Part shown: positions 43,700 through 51,910 of the stretch, piece after piece | How the letters are laid out: every line of letters starts with the position of its first letter | How positions within the stretch are numbered: position 1 is the first letter of the stretch | Notes under the pieces: generated by a model | The model's input: the letters and a program-made list of their open reading frames with translations, nothing else | Database searches by the model: none | Told to the model about the DNA's origin: nothing | Made by a program: the position numbers and the translations under genes | NCBI GenBank assembly: GCA_964417965.1 | Contig: CAYQJX010000004.1 | Coordinates: 52,405-116,404, forward strand | From: an uncultured Elusimicrobiaceae bacterium | Lineage (GTDB): Bacteria > Elusimicrobiota > Elusimicrobia > Elusimicrobiales > UBA9959 | DNA: 64,000 nt | Direction: 5' to 3'

Positions 43700-44929
43700 T
43701 TATTTTGAGGTCACCAGGCGCTTCTTGACCGCGGCGGCGAGACGCTTTATGCCCTCGTCTATCTTTTCCGGGCTGGCGAACGAGAAGTTCAGGCGCATGG
43801 TGTTCTTGCCGGAGCCGTCGGAGTGGAAAGCCGAGCCTATCACATAGGCCACGTTCTCCTTGAGCGCGTCCTGGAACATGTCGTCGGCGCTCATCTGCTC
43901 GGGCAGGCGCACCCACAGGAACAGGCCGCCCTCGGGGTTGGTCCAGGTAACGCCTTCCGGCATATACTTCTCCAGGGCTTCGATCATGGTATTCTTCTTG
44001 ATCCGGTAGTCTTTCTTGACCACCTCGATGTGTTTCTCGAAGAAGCCGGAGCGCAGGAACTCGGCGGCTATCAGCTGGTTGAGGCTGGAGGTGCAGAGGT
44101 CGAGCGACTGCTTGAGGATCTCCATCTTTTTAATGATCTGCTCGTGGCCCAGGATGATCCCGAGGCGCAGGCCCGGGGCGAAGGTTTTGGAGAAGGTAAA
44201 CAGCGAGATGATGTTGTCGGTCTTCTTGGTCTCTTTGTCCAGGCGGTAGAGCATCTTGGGCTCTTTGCCCTCGAAGCGGATCTGGCGGTAGGGAGAATCC
44301 TCGATCACGGCGACGTTATATTTATCGGACAGCTCGATGATCTTCCGGCGCTTCTCCTCGGACAGGGTGACGCCGCTGGGGTTCTGGAAATCCGGGACCA
44401 GGTAGAGGAACTTGTAATGCTCGTCCTGGGCGTGCAGCCACTCGAGCTTTTCCTGCAGCTCGTCGGTGCTGATGCCGTCGTCCTCCAGCTTGACGCCGAT
44501 GAACTCCGCGCCGTAGGAGCGGAACACCTGCAGCGCGCCCATGTAGCTGGGCTTCTCCACGATGACCGGGTCGGAGGCGTCGATGAACAGGCGGCCCACC
44601 ATGTCCAGCGCCTGCTGGCTGGCGGTGGTGATGATGAGGTTCTCGGGCTTGGCGTCTATGTTCTCGTACTTCTTGAGGAACTTTATAAACTCTTCTTTCA
44701 GCTCCGGCAGGCCGTCGGTCGGGCCGTACTGCAGCGCCACCCGGCCTTTCTTGGCCATGATCTCCTTGACGGTATCGGCCACGAAATCGTAAGGGAAATG
44801 TTCGGGGGCGGGCAGGCCGCCGGCGAAGGAGATGATGCCGGGCTGGTTGGTGGTCTTGAGGAGTTCCCGGATCACGGAAGCTTTGGTGCGCCGCGGGGTG
44901 GTGGCGATATTCTTAGCGATGTCGATCAT
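43700..44929 (-). CDS. PLP-dependent aminotransferase, class I/II
   Basis: FAGGLPAPE, a fold-type I pattern, and the PLP-Lys context FTFSKTFAPGLRLG. It lies 11 nt upstream of the RnfC-like gene on the same strand. Confidence 0.8.
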   Translation of the reverse strand: MIDIAKNIATTPRRTKASVIRELLKTTNQPGIISFAGGLPAPEHFPYDFVADTVKEIMAKKGRVALQYGPTDGLPELKEEFIKFLKKYENIDAKPENLIITTASQQALDMVGRLFIDASDPVIVEKPSYMGALQVFRSYGAEFIGVKLEDDGISTDELQEKLEWLHAQDEHYKFLYLVPDFQNPSGVTLSEEKRRKIIELSDKYNVAVIEDSPYRQIRFEGKEPKMLYRLDKETKKTDNIISLFTFSKTFAPGLRLGIILGHEQIIKKMEILKQSLDLCTSSLNQLIAAEFLRSGFFEKHIEVVKKDYRIKKNTMIEALEKYMPEGVTWTNPEGGLFLWVRLPEQMSADDMFQDALKENVAYVIGSAFHSDGSGKNTMRLNFSFASPEKIDEGIKRLAAAVKKRLVTSK

Positions 44930-44969
44930 AAGTTCCTCCGCTGGACTTGTAGTTGGTACGCCTGCATCT

Positions 44970-44998
44970 AATCTACTTAATTAAAGATACGGTTTCAA
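44970..44998 (-). promoter_or_regulatory. Putative promoter upstream of aminotransferase/BMC gene string
   Basis: On the minus strand: TTGAAA (44993-44998), 17 nt, TAGATT (44970-44975). It lies in an AT-rich 89-nt gap. A GGAGGA Shine-Dalgarno precedes the ATG. Confidence 0.3.
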
Positions 44999-45018
44999 GA
45001 AAAAAGATAAAGGGGGCG

Positions 45019-46287
45019 TCAATCCTGCGGCGAGCCGGCCCCGGCGGCGAAGAAATCCAGGTTCTCCTTGTAGTAGTCCTTCCTGGCCGGGTCCTTCTCT
45101 TCCGAATATTTCGCGGCGTAAAATGCCATGGCTTTAGGGTAGTTTTTTCCGCGCAGCGGCCCCAGGTCCTCCGGGAAAGGGCGGCCGGTGGCGGCGCAGG
45201 CCTTCTCCAGCGATTTAAGGTGCTGGGCCAGGATCTCCACGCTCATTTTTTTATGGGTGTCCCTGACAAAAGAAGCCGCCTCCAGTATGGCCAGCGCGCC
45301 CTTGGTCTTGAGGGAATTCAGGGTCTCCGGCGCCAGCCCGTAGCGGCCGGCGTTGGCGTCGGCCACGGCCAGGCAGTCCAGCGCCATGGGGTAATTCTTC
45401 TCCTCCAGGGCCGCGGTGCCGATGAACAGCAGGGCGTCGGAGCTGAAGGCCGGCCAGTGCGTCCCGTAAAAATTCTCCAGGAATTCGGCGTATTCCGCCT
45501 TCTCCCGCTGCAGCCTGGCCAGGGAGGTGTTATCCTTCACGTATTCCCCCACCTGGCCGGAGGCGTAGGCCAGGATCTTGGAGTCGGCCATCCCCGCCTG
45601 GCGCCGCTCGGCGGCATCTTCCATGCTGAGATAGCCAAGCTGCTCCTCGTAGTAGCGGCGGATCTTCTCCCTGTATTTTTCCGGGTCCAGGGACAGCGTG
45701 AAATAACTGCCGAACGTGGTGGCCGTATAGATATCGGTATAGCTGCCGCGGATGAAGTCGCGCAGCAGCGCCGGGTCGGCCTTCATGCGCTCGTGCACGT
45801 ACATATCCTCGGTGAGGTAGGCCTCGTACTCGAACTCCAGCGGGTTGCCGCCCGCGTCCTGCCGGTATTCGGGGTAAAGGTAGCACTGCGCGGCGTGCAC
45901 GAGCTCGTGCAGGTAGATCGGGTGCGCGTATTTAACCAGCTCGGCGCGCACCTTTTTGTTGCTCCAGAGCACCTCCACCACCTGCGCCCCGCTGAACCCT
46001 TTGGCGTCGAAGAACCGGAGGATGAACCGGGAATTAAAATAGACCGCGTTCGCCTCCGGCTCGAACCAGGCGAAGGCCTCCCCCTTGTCCCGCCGCACCA
46101 GCACCCGGAGCGACTTGAACCGTTCGGTCTTCTCCAGCCGCGCGTAGAGGTCGCGGCCTGCGGCCGTGGAACTGAGCTGGACCGCGAATTCCTTCTTAAG
46201 CCTGGCGCTCAACGCCCCGTCGTGCGGATAGGCCCCGGCCAGGGCCGGCAGCAGCAGCAGCAAAAGCGAAGTCAGCACCCGTTTCAT
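45019..46287 (-). CDS. Secreted protein with HExxH motif (putative zinc metallopeptidase-like)
   Basis: Signal peptide MKRVLTSLLLLLLPALAGA and an IYLHELVHAAQ motif. I recognise no family. Confidence 0.5.
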   Translation of the reverse strand: MKRVLTSLLLLLLPALAGAYPHDGALSARLKKEFAVQLSSTAAGRDLYARLEKTERFKSLRVLVRRDKGEAFAWFEPEANAVYFNSRFILRFFDAKGFSGAQVVEVLWSNKKVRAELVKYAHPIYLHELVHAAQCYLYPEYRQDAGGNPLEFEYEAYLTEDMYVHERMKADPALLRDFIRGSYTDIYTATTFGSYFTLSLDPEKYREKIRRYYEEQLGYLSMEDAAERRQAGMADSKILAYASGQVGEYVKDNTSLARLQREKAEYAEFLENFYGTHWPAFSSDALLFIGTAALEEKNYPMALDCLAVADANAGRYGLAPETLNSLKTKGALAILEAASFVRDTHKKMSVEILAQHLKSLEKACAATGRPFPEDLGPLRGKNYPKAMAFYAAKYSEEKDPARKDYYKENLDFFAAGAGSPQD

Positions 46288-46305
46288 ATGTGGCTATTAT
46301 ATTGT

Positions 46306-46334
46306 TTGACAAAGGCCGCGGCAATGTATAATAT
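46306..46334 (+). promoter_or_regulatory. Putative sigma70 promoter of the ytxH-like gene
   Basis: TTGACA (46306-46311), then TATAAT at 15 nt or TAATAT at 17 nt. A GGAGGA Shine-Dalgarno lies 5 nt before the ATG. Confidence 0.4.
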
Positions 46335-46369
46335 TAGGTAAGACTTACCGAATTTATCTGGAGGATACC

Positions 46370-46594
46370 ATGTCAGAAAACAGAGGCGGAGAAATAATCG
46401 GCGCGTTCGTTCTGGGCGGCCTCATAGGCGCGGCCCTCGGAGTCCTGTTCGCCCCCAAGGCCGGCAAGGAAACCCGCGAGCAGCTCAACACCTGGATGGA
46501 CGAGACCAAGGAAAAAGCCAAGGAAAAGCTCGAGAAGCTCGAAGAAGAAATAAAAAAGCGCAAAGAGCAGCTGCTCAAGCACGCCAACAACTAG
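46370..46594 (+). CDS. YtxH-domain small membrane-associated protein
   Basis: GAFVLGGLIGAALGVLFAPKAGKETRE followed by a charged coiled tail. Confidence 0.75.
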   Translation: MSENRGGEIIGAFVLGGLIGAALGVLFAPKAGKETREQLNTWMDETKEKAKEKLEKLEEEIKKRKEQLLKHANN

Positions 46595-46612
46595 TCGGCC
46601 CCCGCTTGAACG

Positions 46613-46647
46613 AAAACCCCGCGCCCAAACCGCGGGGTTTTTATTTT
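46613..46647. terminator. Bidirectional rho-independent terminator
   Basis: AAAA-CCCCGCG-(7 nt)-CGCGGGG-TTTTTATTTT. Confidence 0.75.
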
Positions 46648-46672
46648 GCGTCCATCAAGGTGTAATAAATCT

Positions 46673-46807
46673 GGCGGAGACCGTGCGGGCAGGATAAGCA
46701 AAACCGTCGTTGAGCCCGCCGCTTGCATAAGCGCGGCGGGCGAATACCGAGCGAGGGCACGGTGTGCCCGAGCGTGTTTTGCGTTCCTGCCTGCACGGTA
46801 TGCCGCC
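46673..46807. ncRNA. Candidate structured RNA element (class unknown) between the ytxH terminator and the symporter 3' end
   Basis: Nested helices: 5 bp (46673-77 / 46803-07); 13 bp (46681-93 / 46786-98, with G.U at 46687/46792 on the plus strand); and 7 bp (46698-704 / 46776-82). They enclose hairpins at 46714-41 (9 bp) and 46755-69 (6 bp). Confidence 0.35.
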
Positions 46808-46823
46808 CAAAGTGAGGGCGCCG

Positions 46824-48302
46824 CTATTTATTGAACCTGGCCTCCAGCGGGGCGAGGAGCCAGCCAAGGGTGAAGGTGGAGACGGTGCCGATCACGATGA
46901 CCCAGCTCCAGCCGATAGGGGCCAGGCCTTTCTCCGAAAGATAGAGCACCAGCCCCGCCAGCCCCGCGCTGAACAGCATAGCCACCACGTTGGAGCGGTT
47001 AGCCGCGCGCTTGGTCATCAGGCCCAGCAGGAACACGCCCAGCAGACTCCCCGCCGTAACCCCGTTGATCTTGAAAGCCAGCCACAACATGCGCCCCGAG
47101 CCCGCCGCGCACAGCCACGCTATCCCCGCCAGCAGCAGCCCGAAGCAGGCCACGCTGACGCGCGACACCAGCAGGTAATGCCGCTCGGCGGCGTCCTGCC
47201 GGATGAGCGGCCGGTAGATATCCGTGACGAAGGACGACGACAGCGAGGAGAGCGGCGAGTCTATGCTCGCCAGCACCACCGCCGCCAGCACCAGCCCCTT
47301 CAGGCCCGCGGGCAGCACGTGCACGGTGAAATGCGACAGGATCTTGTCGGCGTTCTCCGGCAGCGGCAGCCCCGGGTTCTGCCCGTAGAAGGCGAACAGC
47401 AGCGTCCCGAGGGCCAGGTACAGCCAGGTCACCGGGAAGCTGGTAAAGATGGTGAGGATCAGCGTCTTCTGGCTCTCGCGGCGCGTCTCCAGCGTCAGCA
47501 GGCGCTGCATCAGCTCCTGGTCCGTGCCGAAGGCCGCCATCGAGCCGAACACGCCGTTGAGCACCGCCGCCCACAGCAGGTTCGGGTCCTTCATCCCCCA
47601 GCCTATGTTGAACACCGACAGCTTGCCGGCTTCCGACGCCAGCTGCCAGGCGCCCGCCAGGCCGCCGTCGATATGCAGCACCAGGTAGCCCGCCACCGCG
47701 GCGCCGGCCACGTAGAAGATCACCGTCTCGAAAGCGCCGGTCCACATGACGGCCTTGATGCCGCCGAAGCCGATAAAGACGATACTGACCAGCGTAAAGA
47801 ACGCTATGGTATAGCCGAGCTGCCAGCCCATGATCACCGACACCGCCAGGGACGCCGCATACAGCCGCACGCCGGAGGCGAACAACCGCGTGACGAAGAA
47901 GAAGGCCGAGCCCGCGTACTGCGTCTGGGGCCCGAAGCGGTGCTTGAGGAACTCGTAGATGGTGGTGCAGTTGAACTTGTAGAAAGCCGGGATGAAGAAG
48001 AAGGCGATCAGCACGCGCGCCGACGCCGAGCCGATGAAGAACTGCAGGTACTGCCAGTTCTCGGTGTAGCCGATGGGCGGGATGCCCACTATGGTCATGG
48101 CGCTTATCTCGGTGGCCACAAAGGAGAGCGTTCCCACCCAGACCGGCGTCTTGCGGTTGCCCAGGAAATAGTCCTTCGTGTCCTTTTCCCCCCGCCCTTT
48201 CACGAAGGCGATGACGAACAGGGCTATGACGGCGGCCCCGAGTATGCCGTAATCCAGCGGGGCCAGCCCGGTTATCTGCTGCAAGGATGCGATCTCGTTC
48301 AT
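46824..48302 (-). CDS. Sodium:solute symporter (SSS) family transporter
   Basis: 492 aa with about 13 hydrophobic helices and SSS-like motifs (GRKTPVWVGTLSFVATEISAMT...). ATGA overlap with the upstream GH3 gene. Confidence 0.85.
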   Translation of the reverse strand: MNEIASLQQITGLAPLDYGILGAAVIALFVIAFVKGRGEKDTKDYFLGNRKTPVWVGTLSFVATEISAMTIVGIPPIGYTENWQYLQFFIGSASARVLIAFFFIPAFYKFNCTTIYEFLKHRFGPQTQYAGSAFFFVTRLFASGVRLYAASLAVSVIMGWQLGYTIAFFTLVSIVFIGFGGIKAVMWTGAFETVIFYVAGAAVAGYLVLHIDGGLAGAWQLASEAGKLSVFNIGWGMKDPNLLWAAVLNGVFGSMAAFGTDQELMQRLLTLETRRESQKTLILTIFTSFPVTWLYLALGTLLFAFYGQNPGLPLPENADKILSHFTVHVLPAGLKGLVLAAVVLASIDSPLSSLSSSFVTDIYRPLIRQDAAERHYLLVSRVSVACFGLLLAGIAWLCAAGSGRMLWLAFKINGVTAGSLLGVFLLGLMTKRAANRSNVVAMLFSAGLAGLVLYLSEKGLAPIGWSWVIVIGTVSTFTLGWLLAPLEARFNK

Positions 48303-49831
48303 TTTATCTCCGTAGCTGAAAGTTCCACAGGTACCCGCCCCTTAGCCTCACCGGTCCCGGCGAGGACCCGCGCCGCGGCCTCCTGGAATTCCTTGAGGGC
48401 GCAGAAAGCGCAGAGCCCGGCCGCGGGCGCGGGTGAAAGCCCGGCCAGGACGAAAGGGCTGCCGAAAGCCGCGATCACGGAACCGGCCGAACCGGCCACC
48501 GCCGCCTCCAGAGCGTACCTTTCTTCCGGCGAAAGATTTATGGCGCCGCTTCCCGCCCTCGGGCGCGAGAAGACCCCGGCGGCCAGGCGCATGCCGCAGC
48601 CGGGCCGGTAAGGTTCCACCCTGACGCCGAGGCGCAGCAGCTCGTCGGCGAAGGCGCGGCCCCGCCAGGCCTCCGGCCTGGTGAGCGGCTCGAAATAACC
48701 TACGGTGTCCCCGGCCTTTACCCTGAAATTTTTTTCACCCCAGGCCCAGGCCAGGCAGGCCGGCGCGGCTTCGGCGTTGAAGGCGCGGTGCTCGCGGCAG
48801 CCGGCCGTAGAGAAAGGCGGCGGCGCGGCGCGGAAGGGCGAAAGCTTGCGGACCAGCAGGTCCTGGCGGGCCAGCGCCAGCTCCACGGCGGCCCCGGCAA
48901 TCAGCCCGTCGTTGGCCGCCCCGGCCAGCGCCTCATGCAGGGCGAAAGGGTCCTCGGGATAGAGCAGCACGTCCGCCCCGGAGAGGAAGGCCTTCACCCC
49001 GGCCCGGCCCTCGTCCGAGATGGCCTTCATGTTCAGCGCGTCCGTCAGCACCAGCCCGGCGTAGCGCAGCCGCCCGCGCAGCAGGTTCCCTATGATCTCT
49101 TTCGAGAACGAGGCGGGCGCGGCGGCGTCCACGCCGGGGAAGGACAAGTGCCCGACCATTATGGAGTCGGCCTGCGCCGACAGGGCAGCGAACGGGCGCA
49201 GGTCTTTTTCTTCCAGGTCGTTCAGGCTGCCTTCCAGCACCGGCAATTCAAGGTGGGAATCGGCCGAGGTACTCCCGTGGCCCGGGAAATGTTTAAGGCA
49301 GGCCAGCGCGCCCTGGGAGCGCATACCGGAAAGGTAAGCCCCGGCCAGGCGCGAGACCAGCGCCGGGTCAGCTCCGAAAGCGCGCACGTTGACGATAGGG
49401 TTATCGGGGCGGGAAGCAAGGTCCACCACCGGGGCTAACACCCAGTCCACGCCAAGTGCTTTGGCCTCGAGGGCCGTTATCTCCCCTTTGCGGCGGGCCA
49501 GCGCCTCGGAACCCGAGGCGCCTATGGCCATATTGGACGGCAGTTCGGTGGCGCCGGCCACCCACTGGCCGGGCCCGTTCTCGTAATCGGAAGCGATGAG
49601 CAGGGGCGTTTCGGAGGCGGCCTTCAGCGCGCGCGAGGCCTCCAGCACCTCCCCGGCCTTCCCGCCGTAAAAACAGAAACCGCCTACGCCGAGCTCCACC
49701 AGCTTCAGGGCGTAGTCCGGGTCGGTGACGCCGAACCTGTATTCAGGATAGATCAGCCGGGCCAGCTTCCGCGGGTTCAAGCCTTCTTCCCCCGCGCCCG
49801 GGCCTTCTCCGCCTTCTTTATTTTTTTCCAC
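48299..49831 (-). CDS. nagZ: Glycoside hydrolase family 3 (NagZ-like beta-N-acetylhexosaminidase) with C-terminal extension
   Basis: The GH3 N-domain contains KHFPGHG and VGHL. The ATG at 49831 overlaps mazG by 55 nt, so the true start may be an internal TTG near 49777. Confidence 0.75.
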   Translation of the reverse strand: MEKNKEGGEGPGAGEEGLNPRKLARLIYPEYRFGVTDPDYALKLVELGVGGFCFYGGKAGEVLEASRALKAASETPLLIASDYENGPGQWVAGATELPSNMAIGASGSEALARRKGEITALEAKALGVDWVLAPVVDLASRPDNPIVNVRAFGADPALVSRLAGAYLSGMRSQGALACLKHFPGHGSTSADSHLELPVLEGSLNDLEEKDLRPFAALSAQADSIMVGHLSFPGVDAAAPASFSKEIIGNLLRGRLRYAGLVLTDALNMKAISDEGRAGVKAFLSGADVLLYPEDPFALHEALAGAANDGLIAGAAVELALARQDLLVRKLSPFRAAPPPFSTAGCREHRAFNAEAAPACLAWAWGEKNFRVKAGDTVGYFEPLTRPEAWRGRAFADELLRLGVRVEPYRPGCGMRLAAGVFSRPRAGSGAINLSPEERYALEAAVAGSAGSVIAAFGSPFVLAGLSPAPAAGLCAFCALKEFQEAAARVLAGTGEAKGRVPVELSATEIK

Positions 49832-50220
49832 TCGCGCAGCACCTGCGCCGGCGTCTTCAGCTTTCCCGCCAGCTTTTCACCTCCGAAAACGTGCGGGTGG
49901 CGGCGGACCAGCTTGGCGTTCACCGTCCGGATCACGTCGGCCAGCTTAAAGCGGCCGTCCCGCTGAGCCAGCGCGCTGTGGAACACCACCTGCAGCAGCA
50001 CGTCGCCAAGTTCCTCTTTCAGGTTGGCCCAGTCCTTCCTGCGGACGGCGCGGGAAACCTCCCCCGACTCTTCGCGCAGGTATTTGAGCAGCGTGGAGTG
50101 GGTCTGCCGGCGGTCCCAGGGGCAGCCGCCGGGCGAAAGCAGTATTTTCATGATCTCAGCGAGGGACGCCAGGCTGGAGCTGCGCGCCAGCCGAGCGCCC
50201 TTTCTTTTCATTTTTTTCAT
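49777..50220 (-). CDS. mazG: MazG-family nucleoside triphosphate pyrophosphohydrolase
   Basis: CPWDRRQTHSTLLKYLREESGEV...ELGDVLLQVVFH...VRRHPHVF. Confidence 0.85.
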   Translation of the reverse strand: MKKMKRKGARLARSSSLASLAEIMKILLSPGGCPWDRRQTHSTLLKYLREESGEVSRAVRRKDWANLKEELGDVLLQVVFHSALAQRDGRFKLADVIRTVNAKLVRRHPHVFGGEKLAGKLKTPAQVLREWKKIKKAEKARARGKKA

Positions 50221-50245
50221 AAGTCCCGGTTCGCCGCTTTTAATA

Positions 50246-50261
50246 ATACTTTTAAAAGTAT
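50246..50261. promoter_or_regulatory. Perfect 16-bp palindrome in the mazG/thyX divergent promoter region
   Basis: ATACTTTTAAAAGTAT. It abuts and overlaps a TATAAT hexamer (50261-50266) oriented toward thyX. Confidence 0.3.
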
Positions 50262-50301
50262 ATAATTTTGTACAGATATTCCAAAAATCCGCGGAGGGCG
50301 C

Positions 50302-51000
50302 ATGCCGGAAACATCAACTCAGCCTGGACAGGGCCTCAACAAGGTCCTGGATAACGGTTTCATAAAACTCATCGCTTTCATGGGCGGCGACCAGAACGCC
50401 GTGGACTCCGCCCGGGTCTCCTTCGGCTCGGTCTCCAAGGGCGAGGCCGCCGACCGGAAGCTCATTGAGTACCTGCTCGAGCACGGCCACTTCAGCCCGT
50501 TCGAGCACTCGGTGTTCCAGTTCCACGTGAAGTGCCCCATCTTCGTGGCGCGGCAGTGGATGCGCCACCGCATCGCCTCCTACAACGAGATCTCCGCGCG
50601 CTACACCGAGGTGCACGACGAGTTCTATTTCCCGGCCGAATTCCGGGCGCAGGACAGGAGCAACCGCCAGGGTTCGCTGCCCTCGGCGTCCCTGGACCAG
50701 CCCAAAATGAAGGCCATCTACGAAAAAGCCATAAAAGCCTCCTACGCCGCCTACAAGGAACTTATCGACGCCGGCGCGGCCAGGGAGATGGCGCGCCTGG
50801 TGCTGCCGGTAGCGCAGTACACGCAGTTCCACTGGACCATCAACGCCAGGAGCCTGCTGAACTTCATAGCCCTGCGCGCCGACGCGCACGCCCAGTACGA
50901 GATCCGCCAGTACGCCGACGCCATCCAGGGGATGTTCAGGGAAAAGATGCCCTGGACCTGGGAAGCCTACGCCAAACTCAATGAAAAAAAGACTTCTTAA
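50302..51000 (+). CDS. thyX: Flavin-dependent thymidylate synthase ThyX
   Basis: ThyX signature RHRIASYNEISARY (RHRxxSxxxxSxRY). Confidence 0.92.
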   Translation: MPETSTQPGQGLNKVLDNGFIKLIAFMGGDQNAVDSARVSFGSVSKGEAADRKLIEYLLEHGHFSPFEHSVFQFHVKCPIFVARQWMRHRIASYNEISARYTEVHDEFYFPAEFRAQDRSNRQGSLPSASLDQPKMKAIYEKAIKASYAAYKELIDAGAAREMARLVLPVAQYTQFHWTINARSLLNFIALRADAHAQYEIRQYADAIQGMFREKMPWTWEAYAKLNEKKTS

Positions 51001-51910
51001 CGCCGCCGCGGCCCTGCTGCTGGCCGCGCAGGCCGGGGCCGCCGGCCCGGCCGCGCCGGCAAAAGCCAAAACCGCCCCGCCGGCAGGCAAGCCCGCCGCG
51101 CAGGAGGCCCGCCCGCTGGCCGGCCCCGTGCAGCACAGCATAAAGATAGGCGACATCGCGGTGTATACCCCGGTCACCGGCATCTCCACGGCGCAGGACA
51201 CCTACGACGTGTTCGCCCCTTTCGACGGCCGGGTAGAGGCGCTGCAGGCCGAGCTGTTCGACTTTGTCACGGTCAAGAGCGTGCTGGCCCGCATGGTCTC
51301 CACCGAGATGGCCGCGCTGCTGGACTCCTCCACCCCGGAGTCGCGCAAGCAGACGGAGCGGCGCTGGCAGGACGTCTACAGCTACACCGACATCACCCCC
51401 GAGACGCAGGGCGTCATCACCAACATCTACATCCAGCCCAGGACCACGGTCACCAAGGGCGACAGGCTCTTCACCGTGGCCAGGAAGGTTTTCATCATCG
51501 GCCGGAACACCGAACCCCTGTACTCCGCCCTCACTACGGGGATGGCGGCGGAGGTAGGCCATGTGCGCAACCCGGACGACACCTTCCAGACAAAACTGAC
51601 CGGCTTCATCCGCCTCAAAGATTCCCCGCTGCTCAACCGCGTGTGGCTGGAAGTCCAGGACCTGAAGACCGGCATAAAGATAGGCGAGCAGTTCAACGGC
51701 GTGCTGACCATAGGCAAAAGCTCGGGCGCCATGCTGGTGCCCCGCACCCACATCATCAATTCAGGCGGCAAGCGGTTCCTGATCACGGAGATCACCACCG
51801 GCCTGGAGACGGCCGAAGAGACGGAGATCCTGGGGCACACCTCGGTCTACCTTGAGCCCGACTACCCCGCGGCGGAGGCCAAAGATGGAAAAAACAAAAA
51901 AGTCCGCTAA
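50981..51910 (+). CDS. Secreted protein with HlyD/membrane-fusion-like barrel-sandwich features
   Basis: Signal peptide, a lipoyl-like hairpin (GVITNIYIQPRTTVTKGDRLFTV) and beta-barrel-like segments. No transporter partner is adjacent. It overlaps both neighbouring genes. Confidence 0.45.
   Translation: MKKRLLNAAAALLLAAQAGAAGPAAPAKAKTAPPAGKPAAQEARPLAGPVQHSIKIGDIAVYTPVTGISTAQDTYDVFAPFDGRVEALQAELFDFVTVKSVLARMVSTEMAALLDSSTPESRKQTERRWQDVYSYTDITPETQGVITNIYIQPRTTVTKGDRLFTVARKVFIIGRNTEPLYSALTTGMAAEVGHVRNPDDTFQTKLTGFIRLKDSPLLNRVWLEVQDLKTGIKIGEQFNGVLTIGKSSGAMLVPRTHIINSGGKRFLITEITTGLETAEETEILGHTSVYLEPDYPAAEAKDGKNKKVR

Noticed and set aside
46646-46867. Small ORFs (62 and 70 aa) in the ytxH-symporter spacer
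   Set aside because: They have no Shine-Dalgarno and no family resemblance. They overlap a region better explained by nested RNA helices and terminator hairpins.
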